This document shows positions 1 through 12,100 of a DNA stretch of 64,000 bases, piece by piece (position 1 is the first letter of the stretch; the number at the start of each line of letters is the position of its first letter). Under the pieces are notes generated by a model. That model had not been told where the DNA came from, did no database searches, and saw only the letters and a program-made list of their open reading frames with translations. The DNA is from Marsupella aquatica. Taxonomy: Eukaryota; Plantae; Marchantiophyta. The position numbers were made by a program, and so were the translations under genes. The DNA is taken from NCBI GenBank assembly GCA_973895155.1, contig OZ316894.1, forward strand, positions 2,310,457 to 2,374,456, read 5' to 3'.

Positions 1-370
1 TTTTTCTAGTTAGGTTTCTAATTCTTGGAATGAAGTCTTTTGACGGTGCAGCATACTAGACGTGCATGATAAATGTTTTTCCCTGGAAACTTAGGTTTTG
101 CTCTTACTTATTGGTTTGATCCATTCCGTTGATTTTCATTCTAAGGAATATGAAAGATCTGCCTGGTTTTTCTGGATTTCGTGTCATTTACTAGTAAGGA
201 GTCAGATGATTCCAGTTCCCTTATTTGTCTGCAAGTAGGTGACGTATTTGCCAAAGTTGTTTTAATGTTCATATTTTGTCTAAGCAGTTGTTCAACTCGT
301 AAACGATCTGGTTGCCAAAGCAATTGTGTAAATTGGTTTCTGATGTGTCCTTAGTATGTATCATATGTAG

Positions 371-586
371 GGTATATTCTCCGCCAAGGTTGAGCAGCAG
401 GGATTCAACCCAGCGTTGATAGTATTAATGGTGGTACTCGGGACAGTGCTACTATTTGTGATTGGAAATTATGCTTTGTTCACGTATGCAAACAAGACCA
501 ATCCGCCAAGGAAGAAGAAGCCAGTGTCCAAGAAAAAGTTGAAGCGAGAGAGACTGAAAGCAGGTGTTGCTCCTGCTGGTGACTAG
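371..586 (+). CDS. S1FA: Terminal coding exon of an S1FA-family small DNA-binding protein; the first exon lies upstream of the window
   Basis: Acceptor TATGTAG ends at 370 (alternative AAG at 386-388). The exon reads [71 protein letters not shown]. The GxNPxLIV hydrophobic stretch followed by [12 protein letters not shown] is the S1FA signature. Confidence 0.92.
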   Translation, partial: GIFSAKVEQQGFNPALIVLMVVLGTVLLFVIGNYALFTYANKTNPPRKKKPVSKKKLKRERLKAGVAPAGD

Positions 587-2280
587 GATTCTTACTTCTT
601 TAATCCATTTCCTTACTGGGTGGATGGTTGGTATGACTATTGTTCGACGTGGAATTCAGCAATTTTCTAGGGAAACAAGCTGGCAGTTGAGAGAATTTTT
701 TCAGATATTTTGCAGCTTTAGTAAGAGCTTGGTGCTTCCTTCCCCAACGACAGTTAACGTTACCTCCGTGTATATGACAAGTTGGGTCCTCGGTATGAAT
801 GAGCAACAGCAGTGTCTTCTATGTGCAGCCGAATTGGTTGGCTACCAAGATGAATTCCAGATGATTTCTGTTTTGAGACAAGTTAGACTGCATGTAGTTT
901 TGTTGTTGTGATGTGGGTACGACTGGTTGAGTTTCCCTCGGTGAAGATTTTGGGAGTTCGGTTCCTTTCCACAGTTGTCGAGCTTCTTAGTTTTCCAGTT
1001 AAATGAGCCCTATTTCTCGGGGTGGACTCCTTCACATTGTAGTTTAGTGATGGTGAACAGAAAACGCGTCGACAAAAGGAACCCAGCGTCAGGACTTCAA
1101 ATGTGATGTCGTAAGTTCACATTGTTGCGTACGGATTAGGGGTCTATTGCCCTGCTTGCACCTTGTCTAACCCCCTGGAGTACAGGTTTCGCACAGCGAC
1201 AGTTTCTGCTGTTCTGCCAGTTGCTCATTCCTCTTTAGTGTTTTCGATGATCGGAACTCCTACAAGCAACAGAGGCTACAGTCTCTGACGCATGACAGGC
1301 TCAGGAGAAGTCGATTGCATCAGCAGATATTACATCGCAATCACTGAATAAATTAAAGATATTGGTAGGTCAAATGCATTGGTACTCCATCAAGTGACCA
1401 AAGTTGTAGATTGTAAGTATAAAAAGTGATTTACTGCTATCCTCAGATCCCAACACCAAATTTCCATCATAAGGTGAAAAGATGGTCTTGAACTTTCTGC
1501 AGATTTGATGAAATGACCAATTGAATTATGGTCTGCTCCACCTGCACTTAGAGATGGATTCCAATACTAGAGTGCACGTAGCATCATCTTTATGTTGTAG
1601 ACCTGATGCCAGGAATTTTCCGCCTTAGGGTTGAGTGGAAGAGATCATGGAAAAATGAAACCAGCTCGATCTTTTCGCGCTGGCTTAATTCATCAAGAAA
1701 TACGTCACTCTCCAGGCTCCGATCAACAATTAATTACCACATAGAAGATGCAAAATGACCCGGGACAAGAGTTTGTGATATGTGCTTCAGAAGAGACTTC
1801 GTTCGACTGATCCAAAAAGTATCAGAGCCAATGCTTAGACGTTGCTCTCAAACTGACTATTCCTGATTTAGGACTTGGAACAACTAGTAGCTCCTCCGAT
1901 GGTAGAAAGCTTTGCCCTCACATCCGGCGTCCTAAGGGATTAGGGTCCTAATTTGAGGCTGGATGTGGGTGATTATTTTTTCGAGGGAGCTCAGAAGGAC
2001 CGTGCAGAGTGAATCTGGTATGCTGATTGAGTCAACCATGGCAAATCGGTGGATTTCATGTCTGTAGAAAGACTGAAAGAATAGCATTTTGAAATGAATC
2101 AAAAGGCAGAACCAGAGCCAGGGTAAATAGGGATATTTAGTGAACCCCATGGGTGGTGTCCTTGCCTGTACCATCCTGAGTTGTGGTCTAGCCAAAATGC
2201 ACCTCGAATGAGTACCCAACGTCCTTAGCTGAAATATGTAGTTTAGAACACACAATGGACCAACTCAAATGATAGGGAAC

Positions 2281-2676
2281 AAAGGTTACCGGTGTGTACT
2301 GATTTCTGGAAGTCTCTGTTATATCCATAATCTCATGCCTGGAAAAAAGGTTACTGGTGTGTAATGATGATTTTTGGAGGTTTCTTTTATATCCATAATC
2401 TGATGCCTGGAAAAAAGGTTCTAGACTCTATTTACATACCATAAGGACAGCTCGTTCCCACATTGCCCAGAAAAGCTTCTTAGCTATTGCCAATCAACTT
2501 TTCTTCACTTTTTGGTCACAAGATTATGACCTAGTTTCCAGACTCTATTTACATGCTATAAGGATGGTCTGGGGCGGGTTCTACATTGAACCTAGTTCCC
2601 AAATTGCCCAGAAAAGCTTGCTAGCTATTGCGAATCAACTTTTCTTCACGTTTTGGTCACAAGATTACAACCTAGT
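2281..2676. repeat. Two adjacent local tandem duplications (~66 bp x2; ~115 bp x2)
   Basis: AAAGGTTACYGGTGTGTA...ATATCCATAATCTSATGCCTGGAAAAAAGG occurs at ~2281 and ~2346. AGACTCTATTTACAT...GCCCAGAAAAGCTT...TTTTGGTCACAAGATTA occurs at ~2423 and ~2540; the second copy has an extra ~25-nt segment. Confidence 0.85.
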
Positions 2677-3717
2677 AACCCTGTGCCCAAACCGTCATTA
2701 TACTATTCATAACATTGGAGGTCAAAGACTGGTAAACAAGCTTGTGCCAAAAGAAGTTTGACCTGAAAAACTATACATCAAACATTGCAACACCCTATCC
2801 CACCAAAAAGGAGTTATGTTCTATTGTCCGTTTTAACAAAAGAGGAAAAAAAATACTAGTCCTTCTTCGGGCGCCCAACAAAAGGGGGAGGCCCGGAGGG
2901 GCAAGAACCAAGAAGAAAGGGGTAGGGGATACCCATGGACGGGGAAAACGGGGAGGGGGAAGCTTGATCCTGGCCCCTGTCCTGGCCCCCCGTCCTGGCC
3001 CCTTCCCTCCCACTCATGGATGGGAAAAGGAGGAGGAGCAAGGATGAGGAGGACACAAATCTTCCTTGATTCTCTGTGCTTGCCCCTCCCATTTCCCATG
3101 CAGATACTCCCTTTTTCTCCTCCCATGTGAGAATGGTAGTTTTCTACTGAAATGAATGAAGACTTTGATCACCCTGTGTATTATCTTCACTTTTCAATGT
3201 TAACTATGTTTTTTTTCACTTTGTACATTGTAATCTCTTGCATGCAAATTATTTTTTACTGAACCACATCTTTTGCACTGATACAACTTTTACATAATTT
3301 CCATGTATGTAAAGAGAATTAGCATGTCTTTTACATAATGAAACCCTAACACAACCTGTATTGTAGAACGACCGCTTTTATGCAACTTCTTTTACATAAT
3401 GACCGACATCTTTTCTCAGCAGTCCACCTTAAATCCTTAATTGTGTCCCTTCATTGCCACAGTAGTTCCTTTGGATTTTCCAATTTGTTCCCTGCCACCA
3501 TGGCATGACTCAGACATTTCTTATAAGTTGGGCTTTCTGGATCAAATAAATTATTTGCCAAATACAGGTCCTAAAACACATGCTGGGATTAATCACATTG
3601 TAGTTGAATGCCATGCAACTATAGTCGGAGTTAAATGGATGTACATTCACCGAGTGACAAGCTAGCTACTTGATAGATACTGAGGCAGCTTGATGCTATG
3701 CAGCAATAAGAATGGGT

Positions 3718-3998
3718 TTGACAAGCTTGATAGAGCAGTGGCAGTCATGTACTATTGCAGCCAGAGTGCCACGGTCACACTCTAAGTAAACTCTTTACCA
3801 ACAATAACTTAGCTGCACTACAGTGCTATTGCCTTAGTTTCTTTTTACTCTTTCTCAATCACAAGCTTGTAGCAAGTCATCTGTCTTTTGGTATATTTTC
3901 AACTACCTGAGTAATTATAGTATTGCTTCAGTTTCTTGTTACACTTGCTCTATCACAAGCTTGTCTAAAGTCCTCTGTCTTTTAGTACATCTTCAATG
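3718..3998. repeat. Inverted repeat plus tandem duplication, probably a MITE relic
   Basis: GACAAGCTTGATAGAGCA at ~3720 is nearly the reverse complement of TGCTCTATCACAAGCTTGTC at ~3947. Segments ~3825-3905 and ~3920-3998 are diverged direct copies. Confidence 0.55.
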
Positions 3999-4011
3999 CT
4001 GCCTCTTTTCA

Positions 4012-4530
4012 TTAAAACACCACTAGCCATGACAAAGCCTGGATCCACCAGGTTTCACAATTAATAGTACACTTTTTCCTGAAATTGTGGAGCAGAGTGG
4101 CACCCTAGAGGCGAGGAATGTGAAAAAGAGATAAGTCTTGGACCCTTGCCCTTATATATGTCTGGTTTAACAGCTAGAGGAAAGGAACATGAAAAAGGAA
4201 GGGAGAGTGGCACTGTCAATGAGAGTATTGTGAAAAAGAGAGAAGTCTTGGACCCTTCCCCTTATATATGGCTTCTTTAACAACTAGAGGAAAGGAATGT
4301 CAAAAAGGGAGAAGTCTTGGACCCTTCCCCTGATATGTGGCCAGTGGCAGTTTAAAGCGCCACTGTCCATGACAAAACCTGGATCCACCTGTTTCACCAT
4401 TTTTAGACTTTATTTCCTGAAATTGTGGAGCAAAGTGTTCCTCTTCCACCAGGTTTCACCATTTTTAGACTTTATTTCCCAAAATTGTGGAACAAAGTCT
4501 TCCTAGAGGAGAAAAATGTGAAAAAGGGTT
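4012..4530 (+). mobile_element. Head-to-tail cluster of a ~150-bp MITE family (TIR core CACTAGCCAT...ATGGCYAGTG), with internal duplications
   Basis: CACTAGCCATGACAAAGCCTGGATCCACC...CCTGAAATTGTGGAGCA...GAAAAAGRGAGAAGTCTTGGACCCTT is repeated here. Homologous copies lie at 18811-18960 (reverse) and ~21052-21197. Confidence 0.75.
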
Positions 4531-6114
4531 TATCTGCCCATATAAAAAGCTCCATGTAGTAGAGAAGACATGGTAATGTGGCATATCCATGAACCTGTGC
4601 CTTCCGTGGGCTGCTCTCTCTGCTGCTTGCTCTTCTCGGCAATCTCCAGCCTTTGAGCTAGGGTCAGAGACTGCATTGCGTATGGCGGATCAACGTGATG
4701 GTTTTGCACCAGATCAGCTGCGAAGGCCCTCCCAAGATTACTCATTGCAATCGATTATTCCAGTGGCCGAGAACATCTCTTACCGGCGAGTGTAAGTCCT
4801 CCCCTGCATCTTCCAAGTGGAAGAAGTTCGCATTGGCGTCCTCTGTCCCTTCCAGTAGCGGAATGTCGTGCAGCTCCATAAGCACTTGTCGTCCTTTCTA
4901 AGAAAACCACCGAACTTAAACCCTGCTCAACAACCCCGTTGCCAAATCCTTGCGGCCACGAATTCTAACAAATAGTCTCTGGGCAGTGAGGGCTGCTCTA
5001 TGCATATCACCTTGAAAAGTCTTATTCTCGTAATTTCTTTACTCCTTCAAAGGCAAATCTATCAAATATCCGCACGCCAGTTTAGAAAAAGTTCATGCCA
5101 TCAGTAATCTGTGACAACTTTTAAGGCAACATCAAGCGAGAAGTTTCGTTGGCTGACGCGGCAACTGCCTCCCCAGATCTTTGAGTAGATCTGCCATTCA
5201 CAACCCAGTGAATTAGAACAAAAATTAAATCCTGTAATACCGTTTTTCTTCCAAGCAGATCAAGTAATCTCAAACCTGATGACTTCTTTCTCTGAGAATT
5301 AACAGCAAACTCTAGTATTACAAGTACGGTAGTTCTGTGCAAGAGTGAAGTAAAGGATATGTTGACCCCACGATAATTGATATCAGGTATGAAAGGTTAG
5401 TGTGTGACTAATCAAAATACTTCTTTTATACACCCGTTAAGGTACAAATAGATCTAGAGTCCACATCTCCAAGCACAAAAAATATGTCACCGGTTTTAAA
5501 CTACTATCGCAAGACAACTAAATAAATCTTTGAAACACAAGCTACTGTACTGAAAACACCTGGGAGGTAACACACCTTGTAGTCTTCATTTATTTAGTTG
5601 TATAGTGGTTTTTCTTCTTCAAATTGCCACGATCAGCTCCAGAATAGCATTCAGCTAGAAGAACATGGATGGGCTGAGGTTTTGCCTGTACAATGTGCAA
5701 GATGCGATAAGATTTCTCTATTTCTCAAGAGTAAAATAATACATCGTGCTTATTTTCCTTTTTGAGTCTGACTAGAAACATTCCATCCGCGGTTTCTTCA
5801 ACAAGCTTAGGCGGCCCTGCCATTGAAAGACCGTCAAAATAAATTCCTCAACTCCAATACACGCATCTCAGGATGGAAATGTTAATGTCCATGGAAATCA
5901 TAATGCTGAAGACCACTATTAATGAACTTATGACGTTGCGTCCTGTTCTTGTATCCACATGTTGCATGGCTCAATAAGCTCACCTTGCCCTTCATAGGCA
6001 GAGGTGATTGCTTGCTCCTCGTAGCTCACATTCGGTCTCTCTCTTGTTGCACTGATTTGCAATTTTCGTTGTGAGTGCATTTCCCTTGAAAAATGAAGGA
6101 CTAATAGAAGTTGC

Positions 6115-9100
6115 TCACTCTCCTTCTCCACATTCGCAATGGCAAATAAGTCCCCTCAAGCACTCCAGACAGTCCACCTGAGAATTCGCTTTGAATCTGT
6201 TTGTACCAGTGTTTTCCTGGACATTAATTTTTTGTGGAAATCTTCCTTGAACGTCATAGATCTCAGACGAGAAGAATTGGTCATCTAAATTGGATGCATC
6301 AGTATCAGAGCTATTCTCCGAGAGCATTTCACATCTTGTAAGAACCTCATTTCCACTGCGTCTGGCAGTGAGTGCTTGAGCTTCTAGTTTCAACTGTAGT
6401 TGTTCAACACAAATGGTGACCTCGTCAAGGGAAGGTCTTTGAAGTGGGTCACGGACAAGTATGAATTTTAGTAAATCCACCACTGGCCCGTAGTTGTCAA
6501 GTTTTGCGGCTTTCTCTTTTGAGATCAGCTCCTGTAAAAATATGGGCAATCAACATGAGCTCTGACTTCAGCTTGGCTTTGAAGAGGTTTTTGAGGCATT
6601 TTGTTCGTTGAGAAAGTTCAGTTCTTTACAAACAAAATACAGATAAGTCACAGAACTAAAACAAACAAAAAACAAAAACTACAGTAGAGTATGCATTACA
6701 GTTCAGCAATTATCATTAAAATACATGCATTACCTGGACCTTAAAGCTATCTACATGGGCGAGGAACGGAACGCGGCGAGTCTATCAAGAAACAGATATA
6801 TACAAAATGTACTATTAAGGGAATAGGAAAAGCAAACCTCAGATGGTAATGTCACCCGCATAAAGAATTGAAGCCAGTCTTCGTCATAGAAAAGGTACTC
6901 CCCGGTTAATAGCTCATAGAGCAAGCAGCCTAGGCTCCAAACATCGACTGCTTTTCCAACACCTTCATCTGTGGTCCTCAAATTGAAATCCGAATCCCTT
7001 TGAGATTGACTACTCAATAACTTAAGCATCTCTGGGCTCTTTACATATTCTGTTCCCCTGTTCCGCACCGTACATTCTCCTCCTAGATGACTTGATGCCT
7101 GTTCCCTCGTGACCAAAGCTTTCAGAAGAATGTGAGTCGCCTGCTTAATGACATTACATAAAAGCAAGAACTACAAAAAGAGAATTGTCAATTTCTCCTG
7201 CTCTTTGGCGCATTTGGTGCTTGTGTCGTTCGTTCCTTGGCCTATTTGTGGATCTATGGAGTTTCAAATGTATTCATTGAGTCTGCATTTAAGGCATCAA
7301 TATCAATTGTGTCTGCTGCCATGGGGGGAATCACAGGCATTAAATTTAGAAATCAGAGTTCTGGCAATGAGGACTAACCTTGCTTTGCCCAAAGTCAGCG
7401 ATGCAGATACGGAATGGCAAAGGTTTTGATGCATCTGCGGGTGGCCATTTGGGGCTCCAGAACTCTGACTCCAAGCCGGAAGAGTCTAGAGGCTCTAGAA
7501 GAATGTTATCACACTTGAGATCATAGTGCACAATATTTTCAATTTCCAATTTCTTGACCTGGAAATAACCATAGAAAGCTCTTGTAGTGAAAATTTCCCA
7601 TGCACCATACTTTTGAAGGTCACCTACTCTTTAATCAGACATTGGGTTTTCAAGGTTGGGACATCACTTTTGCCTTGTGCCCTGTTGAGGTTATAGTGAA
7701 AGAGATAATATCAAGAACCCTCGTGCAAAAGCTTGAGTTCAGTAAGACATGTATATTTTACAGACACTGGTTGAAGCCTCACCGCTTGAAGTATAGCAGA
7801 ATACACCTCCAAATAGAGTGGTAGTTTCTTTAGAGCAAACTTTGAAGCTGCTCCAGCTCTTTGGATCTCAGTTGGTGAAAATTTCTCGTCGCTAGAATTT
7901 GCTCTATGTCCTTGTCTCCATGTATACAGACTACATTTGTAGTGTTTCAGAACCAGAATGAAACTCTCTGTGTCCACGCCATAGTCCAATATTTGGCATA
8001 TTGCAGGCTCGCCCAAAAATTTCTCCAAAATCTCCACCTCGGAATAGACATCAAAAAATTTACAAGGATCGAAGGGTCCTTTAGGAACATCTACAATCTT
8101 TAGCACAACAAGCTCGTCTGTCACGCCCTCCGGTTTGGAAGAGTTTTGCTTTACCTTTGCTGTGTAAACCTGAACAGAAAACTCAGCATATTTAAAGAAA
8201 ATTTCAGGACGTAAACCTTCAACGCTATGAGAAATGATTGAAGAACACTATGCAATTATTGGTCTACTCCAAAGATGCATAAAAAGACCACAAAGCACTT
8301 GCCTGGGCTTTTCTAGAGGAACTTCCCAAAAAATGCAGCCTTGCTAGATGAGTTGCTAGACCGACCTCTTGACCAAAAAGCGCACATCAGTAATGTTAGA
8401 ATACTTTGCTAATATCGGAGACAAGGAAGATCCAGATGGAGCTTCAAACTAGACCCCAAATTGGTTTTTAGTGCATTCGAGGCAACACCTGAGATGCTGC
8501 ACCGCGCGCAATATGAACTCTGTTTGTGTAGATCTTGGGATTAAACAATGCCCTCCAGGTAAGCTTCAAGATTCGGAATGCCCCAGGTTTGAAGTCCTTC
8601 ATCCTCTTACTCAGGCTTGGCAACAAGTAAACATTTGCAACATGATTCAAATCTGGTGGGTTTGATCAAGTTCAGGAAAACAGCTCTCGAAATCATTGTC
8701 ATATATTTTAAAGATACCCATATGAATATCGCCACTTTCGTTAATCTATTCATTCAATAAAATTGGTTAAGCTATCCTTGTGGAAAGCCATAGACAATTT
8801 CCAAATCTCCCAGAGATCCAACCCGAGCCTTATGCAGCTGATGCGTTGTTAAATGATTGGTAGGATACGGTAGGATAGAAAGAATGGAGCATTCAACTTG
8901 CGATTCTCCATCGGATACCTGTCACTGTAAGACGTCTCCAATGTTCCTCTGCAGTTGAAAGAGAGAGAGTTCCTTCAACATTTGGCTTGCACCAGAAAAT
9001 GTCTTGCACGACAATTAGTCATTTATTTCATTATGGCCAACAGTGGTGCTTCGTCGTTGTAAGCGCTATCGTATAATGTTAGCCCATTCCGAACGGCACT

Positions 9101-12100
9101 CTCGCATGGAAAAGTTCTGCTCTCGCCAAGAGTTCATATAAAAAAACAAAAAATGCCACATATTATACACAACCTAGTCCCTTCGGGGACATCCGATTAT
9201 ACACAACCTAACAAAACCAAGGATAGGATAACTAACTGGGGAGTGAGCATCAACGAGAAAAAGAGCTCCAACAGGAGCACGTGGAGGCCTGCATGTCGAT
9301 ATAGACGCCTTTGAAGACACCCACTTTCATAGGTGGCACCAATTTCCCAGCTCTTGTCACTGCTTGAACTAAAAACCTCGTTTTGCAACTCTCGTTGTAA
9401 TTCACGAATTGCGTTTGGCCTGTACTTAGAATCATCAGGTGTTGTGGTCGTGGAAGGAAGAAACTCAAAGTCTGCAGTAGTATCTGATTTGATAGCTGGG
9501 CCACCCTTGCGGACTGATTTGGAAAGGTTCAGCCTTGGTATTGCAGGATGACTTGGTTTTCCTTTCGATCTGATGCCAGGCCCGAGTTCTAAGGATGACT
9601 CCGAGCCACAAAATTTCTTAGAGGTGCCATTGGTTGACATTTTTGGATCAAGTGCAATTAATTTTGGGCCGGAATCTAGGAGACTGCTTTCTTCTTGTAT
9701 ATCATCCAGTTTATCAAACCATGTACTTGGTGAAGTTTCATCACTTTCTTGAGAAATACTCTGGCAATGTGAAAATCCTTCTTCTGCCAGCTCTCTCTCT
9801 ACCTCCTCATTCAAGTCAAAGAATCGTCCAGTATATCTTACTTCTGTGTGGATTGCAGCTGCATCAACTTCCCTTTCTTGCTCATTCTCTTGAGCCTGGT
9901 GCAGACCCTGACCATCTCTGGTTTGGTCCATAGTGATGAGTTTGGAGGTGTTTCCTAAATAATTGCTAACTTCTGATCCATCTTTCCCTGTACGAGATTC
10001 AACAACCCTCGCTCTTGAAAATCTCAAGCCATTCTCCTCTTTTTCTTCTGTGATCCTGCCTGATTTGTCAAGTACTTTTCTTTCAGACGAAGCCTGTGTT
10101 CTGGACACTTCAAGCTCATTGGGGCTGCATACCTTAAACATGGTGTGGTCCTTTTGTTCTCCAAGAGGCACAAATGCGTTGAGAACCAGCTCTTTCTGCA
10201 CACGAACTAGGTTACACTTCAGTTTCATGTTGTTTGGACATGTAAAGAAATAAGTTTCTGCATCTTTTGCAACAAATACTCGATTTAATGCTATCTTATA
10301 GATATGTTGACCTTCCTTATTTAACTTTTCAGAAGTCAATTATTAGCTATTTTGGTCACCTCACTTGTCATTTGTTTTTGAGCGGCTATTTAATTTGCCC
10401 TTATCTTCCTTGAGATTCTTTCCAAAAGGCAACTTAACCAAGCTGCCCTAGTGGAAGGATCCTCTTTCAACAGCTGAACTCGTATCTGTTGGAGAGCAGA
10501 AACCAAGACTATCATGACAATCATGTAGGACGGATCCTACCATGAGAGTATGGATGCAAAGCCTTACGTGGTCCAACGCAGTCCTTGACGTCAGTGACTT
10601 GCTCAAGCTTGTTGGACACTCGTTGCTCAACAGCACAGCTGATCTGATTGAGTCCTTAGCGAGTAATCCAAGGTTTCCAGCAGCAGATTCCATAGCAGCT
10701 GTCTCCATTTTGTGCCCTTGTCCCGCAATGTTGCCCACAGGTTCTTTGGGCAGATCAATCTGTTCACTCTTATGAGGGAGAACACCTTTTGACCTCTCTC
10801 CAGTCCAAAGAAGCCCTGCTATCGATGTTCCAAATTCACACCCCTGAGAGTCGATACACGGAAGTTGTTGTAGAGATGTCTCAGTTGTCATCCCTCCTAC
10901 GGGTAGTGCAACGTCTCTTGGTGTGGCCACTTGTGATATCTCATACTCCAGACCAATTTGTTGCACCAAAAATTTCATGACCCTTACTTGCTGAAAGCTC
11001 TGATTTACATCTTCAGTCTGGTTTTGAGCTAATGCCCTTAGCACTTGACCGTAAGTCAAACAGGCTACGGAAGAGACCTTGTCATCTTGGCTACAGCCTG
11101 AGCACAAGACACCGTCATCGTCATTTCTAGTCAAGGATGGCGTGTCATGAGTCGATGATCCATCTCTCGTCAATGTACACCCGCGGAATGGTCGACCACT
11201 ATTGACTGGTGGTGTAGAGTGCCCCGAAACACGTTGGGTCCAGGGAGATATTGCTGATGATTCACTAGACTCAATACTCTTGTTATAATACTTCAGAAAA
11301 TAGAAGTAGACAATCTCTAAAAAAGGGTGGACGTACTTCCGAAAGAGAAATGGGTTTTGCTTCCTTGGATTTATGCAAAGATTGTCGAATTCATCATGGT
11401 GATCGAAAGACTTCAGAGAAAATATATCACCTAGAATCCCAAGACTTTCTTTTCTCAGGTAGGATGTAAACTTGTATGCACAACTTGCAGCACAAGGTGT
11501 GCTCGGACACTTTCTACAACTCTCGTGCATATGGTTTGAATACAGATTGTCATCAAGCATCATATCTTCACGAATGCTAGAGACATGACACTCCCTTGAG
11601 CTTTGTAGTATATTTGCTGAATTTGAAAGATTGAGAGCCTCAGTTTGGCTCTCTGATTTATTTGATTTGATGCACGGAACTGGGCTCCTGATAACATTCA
11701 TTAGGATCCCCTCTGCAGGATTCATGAGGAAGTCCAATAGAAATAGCAATCTCTCCATAAATAGTGTTGGGCACGATTGACTTATCTGGTTTTGGCACTT
11801 TAGCCTCTTCTTCATCATTAGAATACAAACTCTGAGGAATGAAAATATGCTCCTCAGTGTTTCCACTCCATGGCGAGTACATTCTGAATCCTCTCCTGTT
11901 TTACAGTTGATACACTCACCTAGCATATTGTAGTAGATCTCCAACGGCTCCCAAAGGACTTTTTGATAGCCCTCAAACAATTTCTTGAAGCATCCCTGAC
12001 AGGATTTCATCACGATCCAGGTTGTAAAATTCTTGACACAGTTCCAATTCAAGTCATTGACAAAAAGCAGCTGCCAAAAGAAAGTATCAATCTCACTCCA

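Noticed and set aside
2742-3126. Cluster of overlapping short ORFs
   Set aside because: They arise from a low-complexity purine/pyrimidine-skewed GC-rich patch within the repeat block, with no coding evidence.
3718-3966. miR156/157-like hairpin (TGACAAG...GAGCA / TGCTCTATC...GTC)
   Set aside because: There are too many mismatches to TGACAGAAGAGAGTGAGCAC, the arms are ~230 nt apart, and the site is embedded in duplicated repeat sequence.
10196-10567. ORFs 10448-15634 and 9197-10339 are in the same frame, separated by TAG/TGA/TAA/TAA, which suggests readthrough or U-to-C editing
   Set aside because: A canonical 372-nt phase-0 intron (CAC|GTAAGG ... GTGTGCAG|AAA) removes all four stops, so no recoding is needed.
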